A stretch of DNA of 64,000 nucleotides from Eledone cirrhosa (taxonomy: Eukaryota), in NCBI GenBank assembly GCA_964016885.1, contig OZ024745.1, positions 131,874,001 through 131,938,000 of the forward strand, given 5' to 3'. The notes under the pieces were generated by a model, which was not told the DNA's origin, ran no database searches, and saw only the letters and a list, made by a program, of their open reading frames with translations. This document shows positions 51,627-64,000 of this stretch, in pieces. Every line of letters starts with the position of its first letter. Position 1 is the first letter of the stretch. Position numbers and translations under genes: made by a program.

Positions 51627-51805
51627 TTTCTAATATAAGTAATTCAGAATTTGAAGGAAATTTATTATGTAACTAAAGTTCTCATTATTTATCGAGTAGC
51701 TTGGATCTTAAACAAAACTTCGATGGCAAGTTTTAAAAGTAGTAATACTTTAGAATAACTGTTTTGTATCACAGAACCAGGGCTGGTTTCAAGTGGTTTG
51801 GTATC

Positions 51806-52055
51806 TTCTTTTTCTCCCACTTAATCCTGGGAGAGTCATGGGGGACAGAGTCCTCAAATACTCCTTCCACTCGTCCTGTCAGAATCAACCATCTCCAACT
51901 GATCCAGCTGGATATCCGAGACCAGCCAAGCTCATGTATGTTATCCAACCATCTTGCTCAGGGTCTACCTCTGGGTCTCCTGCTGGTCGGTTTTGCCTGT
52001 AAAATCTGTCCAGCGTTTCTTTCCTGAGACATTCTAACCACATGCCCATAGTATC
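51806..52055 (-). mobile_element. RTE (Expander-like) LINE 3' end
   Basis: Paralogous to 41225-41468 and, inverted, to 59400-59650. Confidence 0.85.
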
Positions 52056-52402
52056 AATAGGGATAAATAACAATGCATAACTTTACAAAAGCTTCCATGG
52101 CCTATTTTTCTAAGAAGCTGTCATTGTTTTATCATAATTTATTTAGTAGGTATTCAAACATTTTGTTTGGTTTCTATGACTTAAAAGATTCGCAGTATAA
52201 TATTCTACTTATCACTTGGTTAGCTGTCAATGGATTTTGACAGTTTTTAGATAGTTCAAATCTAAGATCTAACCACACCACCACCCTCATATATATGAAT
52301 ATACAGATATATGTATATATAGATATATGTATGTATTATATATATATATTATTGCATATTATATGTATAATATATATATTATTGTGTATATATATATATA
52401 TG

Positions 52403-52462
<60 letters not shown>

Positions 52463-52472
52463 TACACACATA

Positions 52473-52532
<60 letters not shown>

Positions 52533-52542
52533 TACACACATA

Positions 52543-52580
<38 letters not shown>

Positions 52581-52734
52581 TACACACATAGGTGTATATA
52601 TATATATATGTATATATACATAGATGTATATATATATATATATATGTATAGATAAATAGATGTATATGTATATATATATGTATATATAAATATATATATA
52701 TATGTATATATAAATAGATGTATTGGTACCACAA

Positions 52735-52994
52735 CATCCAGTCCTAAATAAATGAAGTTGTGTAGGTGTCACGACAAAAAAAACACCAGTCCATGCTGTA
52801 ATGTGGCTGTGTAGGTAACACCGTAAAAACCTCCCAGTCCACACTGTAAATGTGGTTGGTGTTAGGAAGGGCATCCAGCCGTAGAAAACCGCCAGACAGT
52901 CCCGAGCAAGACACCAATCTTGCCTCAAGTGGGAAAATTCCTGTCCAAACCCATGCAAGCATGGAAGATGGACGTTAAACGATGATGATGATGA

Positions 52995-52996
<2 letters not shown>
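52735..52996 (+). mobile_element. RTE-tailed SINE or non-autonomous element in (TA)n
   Basis: actgtaaatgtggttggtgttaggaagggcatccagccgtagaaa...acccatgcaagcatggaagatggacgttaaac(gat)n. Confidence 0.78.
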
Positions 52997-53031
<35 letters not shown>

Positions 53032-54304
53032 GATGTGTATATATATACATAGATGTATATATATATATATATGGTTATACTTGGGGAGGGTCATATTTTT
53101 GTAATATTGCCAGAATTAATAACAGAACACACTCACTGTTTGGTTGGTTTTCGCTTCTGTGTCTTTTATATCGGTTAATTTAATTTATTCGGTCCTCAAT
53201 GTTACCATTGACTGACCAACGGTAAAAAATACAGATACAATATAGACACAAACACATATATATATATAGTCTAACAAAGTTCTTTTGTTGCACATCTGCA
53301 ACATCGTCAGTGGTGCTATTGTTTCCTCCCGTTGTATTGTATGTCTACGCCATCTTTATTTAGTCTGTTTATATATTTATTTATTTGTTTATTTTTTTTG
53401 TCTTCTTTGCGCATGTGTTTGTGTGTATGTATAGTGTTTTGTTTGATGTGTGTTCGTGTTTGGGTGACTGTGTATTGGTTAATGTATTCTATCTTTACTA
53501 GTGTGTGTTTATATGTGTTTGTTGTTATTGTGCTTGTGTATGTATTTATTTATCTATTTATCTATTTATTTATTTATTTATACTTCTCTTAGGTCAGTGT
53601 TGTTATTCCATTCATTTTTTTTGTTTAGCCTTCGCCTTCTACGTTCTTAGGTCCTTTACTCCGTTGTTTTACGTGATATATATAGAGAGAGAGACACACA
53701 CACATGCATACATACAGATACATATATACATGTAAAAAAGAAACTATATATATTTGTGTAGATATATGATGTATGTAAAGCTTTCGATCCTGTCAATTCA
53801 CATAGTACCAGCCATTACTAAAATATGCTACACTCAAAACTATTCTAGCAATACGTGGACAAACCTCCTTTCCAGCCGATTACACTATATTATTCCTGTC
53901 TTGTAAACGTTGCTTAGATTATATCACATTTAAATAAAGACCTTCCAGTAATGGAAGCTAACCTTGGCCTACCTTAACCTCAATAAAGCTACTTCCATAG
54001 ATTCACAATTTACAACCTACATTTCTCTCATAGATTCACGCTTTCAAGCAATGGAGGCATTCGCCTTTAAGACACAGGAATCTCTGAATCTGACACATTC
54101 TTTATTGAATACATATATTCTTTACATCCATGGGTGGTGATAAGTGTGTGTGTGTGGGGGGGGGGGTGATGTTGAGGGGGGGATGGGGTGATGGTGGTGG
54201 TGAGGGTGATGAGGGAGAGGTGATTGTGGTGAGGGTGTTTGTGGTTGTGGTGATGTTGATGATGGTGGTGGTGATACATATGTGTCGTATATACAGCTAT
54301 ATAC

Positions 54305-54360
54305 ATCTGCTGTATATACAGCAGATATATACATCTGCTGTATATACGGCAGATGTATAT
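54305..54360. repeat. Two tandem palindromes
   Basis: atctgctgtatatacagcagat (perfect, 22 bp) and atatacatctgctgtatatacggcagatgtatat (34 bp, one mismatch). Confidence 0.88.
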
Positions 54361-54451
54361 ATCTGTATGTCTATCTACATAAGTAAGACTGTTTCTATCG
54401 ACTTTACTCCTCATCTGCCAACAACTGACAGGATGACTGAGGCAATATCTG

Positions 54452-57436
54452 CTTCTTACTAACACTGCCACATTTACCTGCTTCTTACTAACACTGCCAC
54501 ATTTACCTACTTACTAACACTGCCACATTTACCTACTTCTTACTAACACTGCCATATTTACCTCCTTCTTACTAACACTGCCATATTTACCCCCATCTTA
54601 CTAACACTGTCATATTTACCTCCTTCTTACTAACACTGCCATATTTACCTCCTTCTTACTAACACTGCCATATTTACCTCCTTCTTACTAACACTGCCAC
54701 ATTTACCTGCTTCTTACTAACACTGCCACATTTACCTACTTACTAACACTGCCACATTTACCTACTTCTTACTAACACTGCCATATTTACCTCCTTCTTA
54801 CTAACACTGCCATATTTACCCCCATCTTACTAACACTGTCATATTTACCTCCTTCTTACTAACACTGCCATATTTACCTCCTTCTTACTAACACTGCCAT
54901 ATTTACCTCCTTCTTACTTCTGCCATATTTACCCCCATCTTACTAACACTGCCATATTTACCTCCTTCTTACTAATACTGCCATATTTACCTCCTTCTTA
55001 CTAACACTGCCATATTTACCTGCCTCTTACTAACACTGCCATATTTACCTCCTTCTTACTAACACTGCCATATTTACCTCCTTCTTACTAACACTGCCAT
55101 ATTTACCTCCTTCTTATTAACACTGCCATATTTACCTCCTTCTTACTAACACTGCCATATTTACCTCCTTCTTACTAACACTGCCATATTTACCTCCTTC
55201 TTACTAACACTGCCATATTTACCTCCTTCTTACTAACACTGCCATATTTACCTGCTTCTTACTAACACTGCCATATTTACCTCCTTCTTACTTCTGCCAT
55301 ATTTACCTCCTTCTTACTAACACTGCCATATTTACCTCCTTCTTACTTCTGCCATATTTACCTGCTTCTTACTAACACTGCCATATTTACCTGCTTCTTA
55401 CTAACACTGCCATATTTACCTCCTTCTTACTTCTGCCATATTTACCTCCTTCTTACTAACACTGCCATATTTACCTGCTTCTTACTAACACTGCCATATT
55501 TACCTCCTTCTTACTTCTGCCATATTTACCTCCTTCTTACTTCTGCCATATTTACCTCCTTCTTACTAACACTGCCATATTTACCTCCTTCTTACTTCTG
55601 CCATATTTACCTCCTTCTTACTAACACTGCCATATTTACCTCCTTCTTACTAACACTGCCATATTTACCTCATTCTTACTAACACTGGCATATTTACCTG
55701 CTTCTTACTAACACTGCCATATTTACCTCCTTCTTACTAACACTGCCATATTTACCCCCATCTTACTAACACTGCCATATTTACCTCCTTCTTACTAACA
55801 CTGCCATATTTAACTCCTTCTTACTTCTGCCATATTTACCTCCTTCTTACTAACACTGCCATATTTACCTCCTTCTTACTTCTGCCATATTTACCTGCTT
55901 CTTACTAACACTGCCATATTTACCTCCTTCTTACTAACACTGCCATATTTACCTCCATCTTACTAACACTGCCATATTTACCTGCTTCTTACTAACACTG
56001 CCATATTTACCTCCTTCTTACTAACACTGAAATATTTACCTACTTCTTACTAACACTGCCATATTTACCTCCTTCTTACTAACACTGCCATCTTTACGTC
56101 CTTCTTACTAACACTGCCATATTTACCTCCTTCTTACTAACACTGCCATATTTACCTCCTTCTTACTAACACTGCCATATTTACCTCCTTCTTACTAACA
56201 CTGCCATATTTACCCCCATCTTACTAACACTGTCATATTTACCTCCTTCTTACTAACACTGCCATGTTTACCCCCTTCTTACTAACACTGCCATATTTAC
56301 CTCCTTCTTACTAACACTGCCATATTTACCCCCTTCTTACTAACACTGCCATATTTACCTCCTTCTTACTAACACTGCCATATTTACCTCCTTCTTACTA
56401 ACACTACCATATTTACCTGCTTCTTACTAACACTGCCATATTTACCTCCTTCTTACTAACACTGCCATATTTACCCCCTTCTTACTAACACTGCCATATT
56501 TACCTCCTTCTTACTAACACTGCCATATTTACCTCCTTCTTACTAACACTGCCATATTTACCTACTCCTTATTAACACTGCTATATTTACCTCCTTCTTA
56601 CTAACACTGCCATATTTACCTCCTTCTTACTAACACTGCCATATTTACCTCCTTCTTACTAACACTGCCATATTTACCTACTTCTTACTAACACTGCCAT
56701 ATTTACCCCCTTCTTATTAACACTGCCATATTTACCTACTTCTTACTAACACTGCCATATTTACCTCCTTCTTACTAACACTGCCATATTTACCCCCTTC
56801 TTACTAACACTGCCATATTTACGTCCTTCTTACTAACACTGCCATATTTACCCCCTTCTTACTAACACTGCCATATTTACCCCCTTCTTACTAACACTGC
56901 CATATTTACCTGCTTCTTACTAACACTGCAATACTTACCTCCTTCTTACTAACACTGCCATATTTACCTCCTTCTTACTAACACTGCCATATTTACCTCC
57001 TTCTTACTTCTGCCATATTTACCTCCTTCTTACTAACACTGCCATATTTACCTCCTTCTTACTAACACTGCCATATTTACCTGCTTCTTACTAACACTGC
57101 CATATTTACCCCCTTCTTACTAACACTGCCATATTTACCTCCTTCTTACTAACACTGCCATATTTACCTCCTTCTTACTAACACTGCCATATTTACCTCC
57201 TTCTTACTAACACTGCCATATTTACCTCCTTCTTACTTCTGCCATATTTACCTCCTTCTTACTAACACTGCCATATTTACCTCCTTCTTACTAACACTGC
57301 CATATTTACCTGCTTCTTACTCACACTGCCATATTTACCCCCTTCTTACTAACACTGCCATATTTACCTACTTCTTACTAACACTGCCACATTTACCTCC
57401 TGCTTACTAACACTGCCATATTTACCTGCTTCTTAC
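54452..57436. repeat. 29-bp minisatellite, about 100 copies over 3 kb
   Basis: Unit cttcttactaacactgccatatttacctc with 26-bp variants. Confidence 0.98.
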
Positions 57437-57543
57437 CTCTGGCATATATTCTGAAAATAATCTAGCTCTCTCTCTCTCTCTCTCTGTGAGCGTGTGTGCG
57501 TCTGTCTGTGTGTATGTCTGTGTGTATGTGTGTGTACGTCTGT

Positions 57544-57583
<40 letters not shown>

Positions 57584-57647
57584 GCTGCTACAGACAAAGT
57601 CAAATGCAATCTGATGCACTGTAGAAAAGGTACACAGACAAACAAGG

Positions 57648-57812
57648 AAGTGTGGCCAGAGTGGAGCTGTGGGGTGAAGTGTGGCCAGAGTGGAGCTGTG
57701 GAGTGAACTATGGCCAGAGTGGAGCTGTGGAATGAAGTGTGGCCAGAGTGGAGCTGTGGAGTGAAGTGTGGCCAGAGTGGAGCTGTGGAGTGAAGTGTAG
57801 CCAGAGTGGAGC
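57648..57812. repeat. 29-bp minisatellite, about 5.5 copies
   Basis: Unit aagtgtggccagagtggagctgtggagtg. Confidence 0.95.
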
Positions 57813-58527
57813 AGCCAAGGGTGGTTAAGTATCCTTCTAATTTTCTCAGAGTGATAATTGAGTAAATCTCATTATTTAGGTAAATGAACAGAAAAAAGAT
57901 GGAGTGGGAGTGGGAGATGAGGGGGAGGGGTGTGGTAGATGGGGGAGGTGTGGGAGAGGGGGGTGATGCTGAATAAAGTGTGCTACGACAGATATATGCA
58001 TTCAATTAGAAATAAATTAACTAAATTTAAATAGCCAAACAGTTGCTAATATGCTGAGCCAGAGACCTTATGAGAGAGAGGGTGAGGGAGGGGAGAGAGA
58101 GGGGAGAGGGAGAGATACCTTATGAGGGAGAGAGAGGGAGAGAGGGAGAGATACCCTATGAGAGAGAGAGAGAGATAAAGAGAGAGAGAGAGAGATAAAG
58201 AGAGAGAGAGAGAGAGAGACCAAAATGGAATAAATGAATTATTCCAATCAGTTTGTTCAGTTCTGAGACATTATTTGCTTCTTCAATTTCTATCAGTTTC
58301 TTTCTTTTCTCCTCCTTTTCCCATAATATTTATCTATTTATTTATAAGTTCCCTGCTGCCCCTCCCGCTACCCCCACAACCCTCTACTAATCCCCCCCCC
58401 CCCCCAATATGGAGAAGGACAACTTGATAGAAATAGAAGCTGCAATTATGACTGAACTAATCAAGTTTTTATTGAGTCAATAACAAATAAGGGCAAAGAT
58501 AAACTAACAAAGTGTTCTATCAACTGA

Positions 58528-58582
<55 letters not shown>

Positions 58583-58755
58583 AATATATATATATATATA
58601 TATGTACATATGTGTGTGTGTATAACATATATATTATATACAACTCTGAATAGAAAAAATGTGTTGATGGCAAGTGCTAAGTAATTACTATTCTCTCTCT
58701 CTCTCTCTCTCTCTCTGTATATATATATATATATATATATATGTGTCTGTGTATA

Positions 58756-58807
<52 letters not shown>

Positions 58808-59038
58808 TACACACACATTTACAAAGAAGAAATTCAATCAATCGTTATGTAGTTATATAAAACTTTCTGATACTGTAGCATGATTGGATTACCAGTGAAT
58901 GTCACAAGACTTTAAAAACTGCCAAATATTCAACATTACCAAAACAAATCTAGCATTAACATCATAACCATTATTATTACAATTGATAGACAAATGGTGA
59001 AAATTCCTTGGAGATTTTCTTACTTCTCTTTATGTTCT

Positions 59039-59290
59039 GAGGCATGTGGCCTTGTGGTAAGGGTGTTGGACTTAAGATCATAATGTCCTGGTTCGATTAC
59101 TGGGCTGCGTTGTGTTGTGTTCTTGAGCAAAACACTTCATTTCACATTGCTACAGTATACTCAACTGAAATTGCGATGATCTGGCATCCTGTCCAGGGGA
59201 AAGTTTTCTATTTTCAGTTGTTTCACACCACAAAACTGTGAGAAACACTGGCCTAATGAACCTTCTCGCTTAAGACACACTTTAGCCTTT
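59039..59290 (+). mobile_element. tRNA/CORE-like SINE, degenerate
   Basis: tggccttgtggtaaggg...ggttcgatt...gtgttcttgagcaaaacacttcatttcacattg. Confidence 0.72.
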
Positions 59291-59361
59291 ATATTCTGAG
59301 TTGAACTTTTCACTACCATATTTCTAATAAAAGATACTGCTTATGATTTTCACATAAAGAG

Positions 59362-59652
59362 CCATTACTTCTCTGAATTGAGAGATCGCCATTCCGGTAC
59401 TACTGGTATATGGTTAGAATGTCTCAGGAAAGAATCGCTGAACAGATTTTACAGGCAAAACAAACTGGCAGGAGACCCAGGGGTAGACCCCGAGTAAGAT
59501 GGTTGAATGACATCCATGAGCTTGGCTGGGCTTGCTTGGAGATCCAGCCAGATCAGTTGAAGATGGTTGCTTCTGACAGGACCAGTGGAAGGAGTGTTTG
59601 AGGACTCTGTCCCCACGACCCTCTCAGGAATAAGTGGGCAAAGAAGAAGAGA
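59362..59652 (+). mobile_element. RTE (Expander-like) LINE 3' end
   Basis: MVRMSQERIAEQILQAKQTGRRPRGRPRVRWLNDI...VASDR. Confidence 0.85.
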
Positions 59653-59838
59653 AGCTCTCAACTTTGGAGAAATTAACTCTTTCACTACCATCATTCTATT
59701 GCTATTTCATTGCCTATATGTGTTAATTGATTTCAAACATCTGAAGAATTTAATGAAATAACTAACCATTTCATTATTAAGTTAATGTTTAGGGCATCAG
59801 ATTGGCAGAATCATTAGAGCATAGGACAAAATGTTTCG

Positions 59839-60181
59839 TGGAGACACATGGCTTAGTGGTTAGAGCATTGAGCTTACAATTGAGAGATTGTGAGTTCAAT
59901 TCTCGGACCAGGTGATGTGTTGTGTTCTTGAGTACGACACTTTATTTCATGTTGTTCTAGTTTACTCAGCTGTAGAAATGAGTTGTGACATCACTGGTGC
60001 CAAGCTGTATCAGTAATTGCCTTTCCTTTGGACAACATCGGTGGCGTAGAGAGGGGAGACTGGTATGCATGGGCGACTACTGGTCTTCCATAAACAAACC
60101 TTGCCCAGGCTTGTGCCTCGGAGAAAATATTTCTAGGTGCAAAATCATGGTCATTCATGACCAACAGAGGCCTTTTTTCTT
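59839..60181 (+). mobile_element. tRNA/CORE-like SINE with a third tail type
   Basis: The head matches family B (cacatggcttagtggttagagcattg) through ctgtagaaatgag, then a different 3' half follows. Confidence 0.85.
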
Positions 60182-60182
60182 C

Positions 60183-60597
60183 AGGGCATTAGATTGGCAG
60201 AAGCATTAGAGCATAGGACAACCTTCTTTGTGACATTTTGTTGTCTCTTTACTTTCTGAGTTGAAATACTGCAGAGATCAACTTTATCTTTCATCTTCGC
60301 AAGGTTGATAAAATAAGTTGAGTACAGGAATTGATATAATTGACTTCCCCTCCTTCTCAATTGTTGGCCTCGTTAGAAACCATTATTAATTTGATGGCGG
60401 TGGAATGGCAGTATCGGTAGAGGGTCGGACGCTATGCTTTGACGCATAGAGTTATGCCCCTTGCCATTCTGAATTCAAATCCCGCCGAGGTTAACTTTGC
60501 CTTTCATCCTTACGGGGTCGATAAAATAAAGTACCAGTAATGTACTGAGATAATTGCTGGCCTTGTGCCAAAAGTAGAAACAATTATTAATTTGATG
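60183..60597 (+). mobile_element. Old SINE family A copy followed by a young copy with TSD
   Basis: The young copy 60397-60582 is flanked by attattaatttgatg (60382-60396 and 60583-60597). Confidence 0.88.
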
Positions 60598-60884
60598 TTT
60601 GAAACATTACTTAACAAAAATTTCTTAAATAAAGTCATGATGGAAGGTTTTAATAAAAGTAGGAGCATTTTAAAATGAGTTGTGTATCAATAAAACCAGT
60701 GCAGTTGGTATGAAAAAGTTTAAGTAAAATAACTTTCTCTTTATTAAGTTAGTGTTTGGAACATAATTTAATAAAGGTTCTTACAAAAACTGATGGTCGA
60801 AGGTTTTTAGAAAAATAAACAGTTTTATATGAGAGATGGGTTATTTCCTTAAGGACTATCAATCTAATGCCTGAAACATCAACT

Positions 60885-61097
60885 TAATAACTGTTTCTGA
60901 TTTAGACACAAGGCCAACAACTGGGGGAGCGGAAAGTCAATTAAATCGACCCCAGTGCATTGCTGGTACTATATTTTATTGACCACGTAAGGATGAAAGG
61001 CAAAGATGACCTCGGCGGGTTTTGGAATCAGAATGTAAAGGGACGTAACTCTATGCCACAAAGCATGCTGTCCGATGCTCTACTGATACTGCCAATC
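60885..61097 (-). mobile_element. SINE family A
   Basis: Reverse-complement family A with B-box remnant and Meta-like domain. Confidence 0.85.
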
Positions 61098-63726
61098 TTA
61101 ATAATAAAATGTTTAGTTATCTCATTAAATTCCAATTGGTAAACTGACACTTACCCAAGATACTACACTGTGATTGAACTCAATAACTTATGATTGTGAA
61201 GTGAACTTTTTAACCATTCAAACATTCTACACTCATAACTTTTCGAAGAATACATGCTGTTCCTAAAAGTACTGCTTTCTGAAGAGTACTCACTGTGCAC
61301 TCTATGTTGAATTTTTATCATTATTATTAAAACATTGATTCTGCACATAAAAGACCAGCATACTGTCAATACAGCCTGCCATGATTCTTAATAAATTATC
61401 AATTTCTATTTAATAAAACAAAACAGAAAAACAACATTAATAACAGTTTGACATCATACATAGGATAACATTTTAGAGATTGGATTGCATTTTCTATGGC
61501 AATGATACTAATTAAACTTTTTAAGCCACCAGGAATATTAATAGATGAAGGAATTAAATATAAATTTCAGTGGAACACTTGTCTATCACACCACAACCTA
61601 GTTCTTAAAGACTTGCAACTATGGTAAAATTATAGCCAGATATTTCCACCTCTTTGAAATCTGCCATAGAAGACAGATTGGCTACAGAGTTAGGAAGCTG
61701 AATTATTCTGACCTTAATGCCATCAAACTAACGATGATATAAATTTCACTAAATGTCATGGACAGAGACGATGTTTTCTAAGCAGTAAATATTTTTCTTC
61801 AACTAATTAATTAACTAATGTCTCCAACTGTTCTGACTCAATTTCAATTAAAAGAATCTCCCTAAGGTATTGATTGACCAATTAAGGATATAATAATGGA
61901 CCAAATGAAAATACAGTTAATGAAATCAATATACAAAAATATATTTTCTTTTTTCTTTTGTATCTGAAAATAGAATAAAAAAAACAAAAAGAACAAACGA
62001 CAAACTCTGCTTTTAGACTATGATCTACAGTTTATAAGCAGATTAATAAGAAAACCTAAAAGAACTGTTGGGTATCTGGATGGCTGGGTTGATATGGTAA
62101 CTTTGATAGAGGCCAGTATTGGCCCAAGCTATGTCTAACTTAATAGCACCACCTGGAATGATATGGATGGTTGGGTTGATATGGTAGAACTGAGAGTTTC
62201 ACAGTTTCTGTCCCACTCTATTTACTGACACTGTATTTTGTCTATCTCTCAACAAACCAGCTTCTCTACCTCTAAGTAGGAAATACAGTGGTATAATTTA
62301 CTGCTGTGGTCCAGCTATAAACTTACTAAGTGACTGGTTGGTTTGTAGAGCCAAGTTCGATCCTTCATTCAGGAAAATTTACTTATGATTCAAATAGTCT
62401 ATAGGCAAGGAGATATTAACCTCTTATCCATTTAATAATATGAAAACTAGAAAGAAGCATCAATGCAGGTGATTAAGAAGTTATATGAAGAGAGAGAAAC
62501 TATTAAGTAGAAGTATTTACACTATAATGTTCATGTAATGTTTAACAAGTTAGAAATCTGGAATAAAGTTAGCAACCATCTTTGACTAGCCTGAGAAAAT
62601 AAGTTTGAGCATAGTAATAGCAGCAAGAAAAAAGAAAAAGCAAAGCTTGGGAGACAATGTTTTGAATGTTTAAATCTACATTGATTCAACTCTAGTAAAT
62701 ATATACACAACCAGTGTTGGTATTGAGAAATATGCAAATAAAAAAACCTTATCAATTACAAAGTATACAAATTCTAGAAGAATAGTTACTAGATAACATT
62801 TGAGCCAAGGGAACTACTGTAAACTAAAATATAACAAAACAAATTATGAAAAGAATATAGACATATAAAAAGGAGAGAAAGATGTGAAGAGAAAGAGAAG
62901 TTATTTACTGATGTCTTGTTTATAATATCAGAGCCAGGTGGGTGAAGAAAAGTAACAAAGGATCAGATTCTTTGAAAAGACGTATTTTTGAAGATTATGA
63001 ATAGAGATAATTAGTTGAACTAATAGTTAGAGTTAGTTACATAGTTACTGAAACTGAATGTGTGTGTTTTTTAAATACTTTTTTTTGCTGAAGATGAAGC
63101 ATGGTTGAAACAGGAAGCTAAGAGAAGTACAGAAAACATTTAAACACAGTTTGCAACAGAATTTATCAGTTTGATGTCTTATCAGGTGACACTACAGCAG
63201 ATCTAATATTAGAATTTACTGCAGGGGATTTGAGATAATAGATTAGATTGAAATTTAAACGAAGAATTACAATCAACAGTCTATAGACATGTTCAATGAC
63301 AAAAAAAAGATTGGAAATTTCTAGGCTTTGATATTCAATATCTTCTAGCTTTTGGTTAGTTATACTAATGAGACAAACCAATAACCTCTAGGTAAACGAC
63401 AAACTATTCACTTATAAACTTTGATACATGTCAGACTTCAAATTGTTGGCTCAAGGAAACTAAGTCAAACAAACATTTTGGCTCCTGGCATTGGGAATAG
63501 GTACCAGATTATTAGAGAAGATTACTTTAAAATAAACCACCATACAAGGGAGAGATTTATCTCTTGTACATTTATTGCCATGGAACTGCAGCTCAACACC
63601 TGCCATTAAGAGATTTCTCAGCGTAAATTGATATTTTTGTTTGTTAATTTTTTAAAAGATACAGTCTAATAGCAATAAAAACAGTTATCAACCACTGCAG
63701 CCAGTACCACTCTTACCAGATACACA

Positions 63727-64000
63727 CATACAGCCCACCAACACACCTACAACCCACCAACACACCTACAGCCCACCAACACATCTACAGCCCACCAACA
63801 CACCTACAGCCCACGAACACACCTACAGCCCACCAACACACCTACAACCCACCAACACACCTACAGCCCACCAACACACCTACAGCCCACCAACACATCT
63901 ACAGCCCACCAACACACCTACAACCCACCAACACACCTACAACCCACGAACACACCTACAGCCCACCAACACACCTACAGCCCACGAACACACCTACAGC
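63727..64000. repeat. 19-bp minisatellite running off the window end
   Basis: Unit cagcccaccaacacaccta. Confidence 0.96.

Larger units (their letters stand above)
51117..52066. mobile_element. piggyBac-type MITE interrupted by a Helitron and an RTE fragment
   Basis: TTAAccctttcattacaata|tttctaat rejoins to match 36164. The decayed right end is gtatcaatagggataa. Confidence 0.65.

Noticed and set aside
54452-57436. CRISPR-like appearance of 28-32 bp repeats (also 11187 and 37302)
   Set aside because: Units are contiguous with no unique spacers, there are no cas genes, and the context is eukaryotic.
63727-64000. Telomere or subtelomere repeat at the window end
   Set aside because: A 19-bp unit without TTAGGG/CCCTAA. 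It is an ordinary minisatellite cut by the window boundary.

Overview
AT-rich eukaryotic (metazoan) genomic DNA with no recognisable intact protein-coding gene. The dense (TA)n/(CA)n/(GA)n microsatellites and the SINE families (Meta-domain-like and CORE-like tRNA SINEs with RTE-type tails) point to a cephalopod, probably Octopus; this is an inference. The window reads as intronic or intergenic DNA. It holds many SINE copies, often nested, tandem or inverted. It also holds decayed LINEs (RTE, Tx1 with zf-RVT, a CRE-like RLE fragment, Penelope-like relics), DNA-transposon relics (mariner, Tc1-type and piggyBac-type TTAA MITEs, a non-autonomous Helitron) and about 15 minisatellites. Nearly all long ORFs in the six-frame track are repeat artefacts or TE relics. 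The most notable observations are: a 186-bp-arm near-perfect inverted repeat, several Penelope-type minimal hammerhead ribozyme motifs, minisatellites visibly derived from TE sub-sequences (including about 39 tandem copies of a SINE Pol III head), a quasi-palindromic minisatellite whose variants are micro-inversions, and a triple-nested TE. A few weak candidate + strand exons are flagged. I cannot support a wholly new biological system from sequence alone. Coordinates of decayed elements are approximate.
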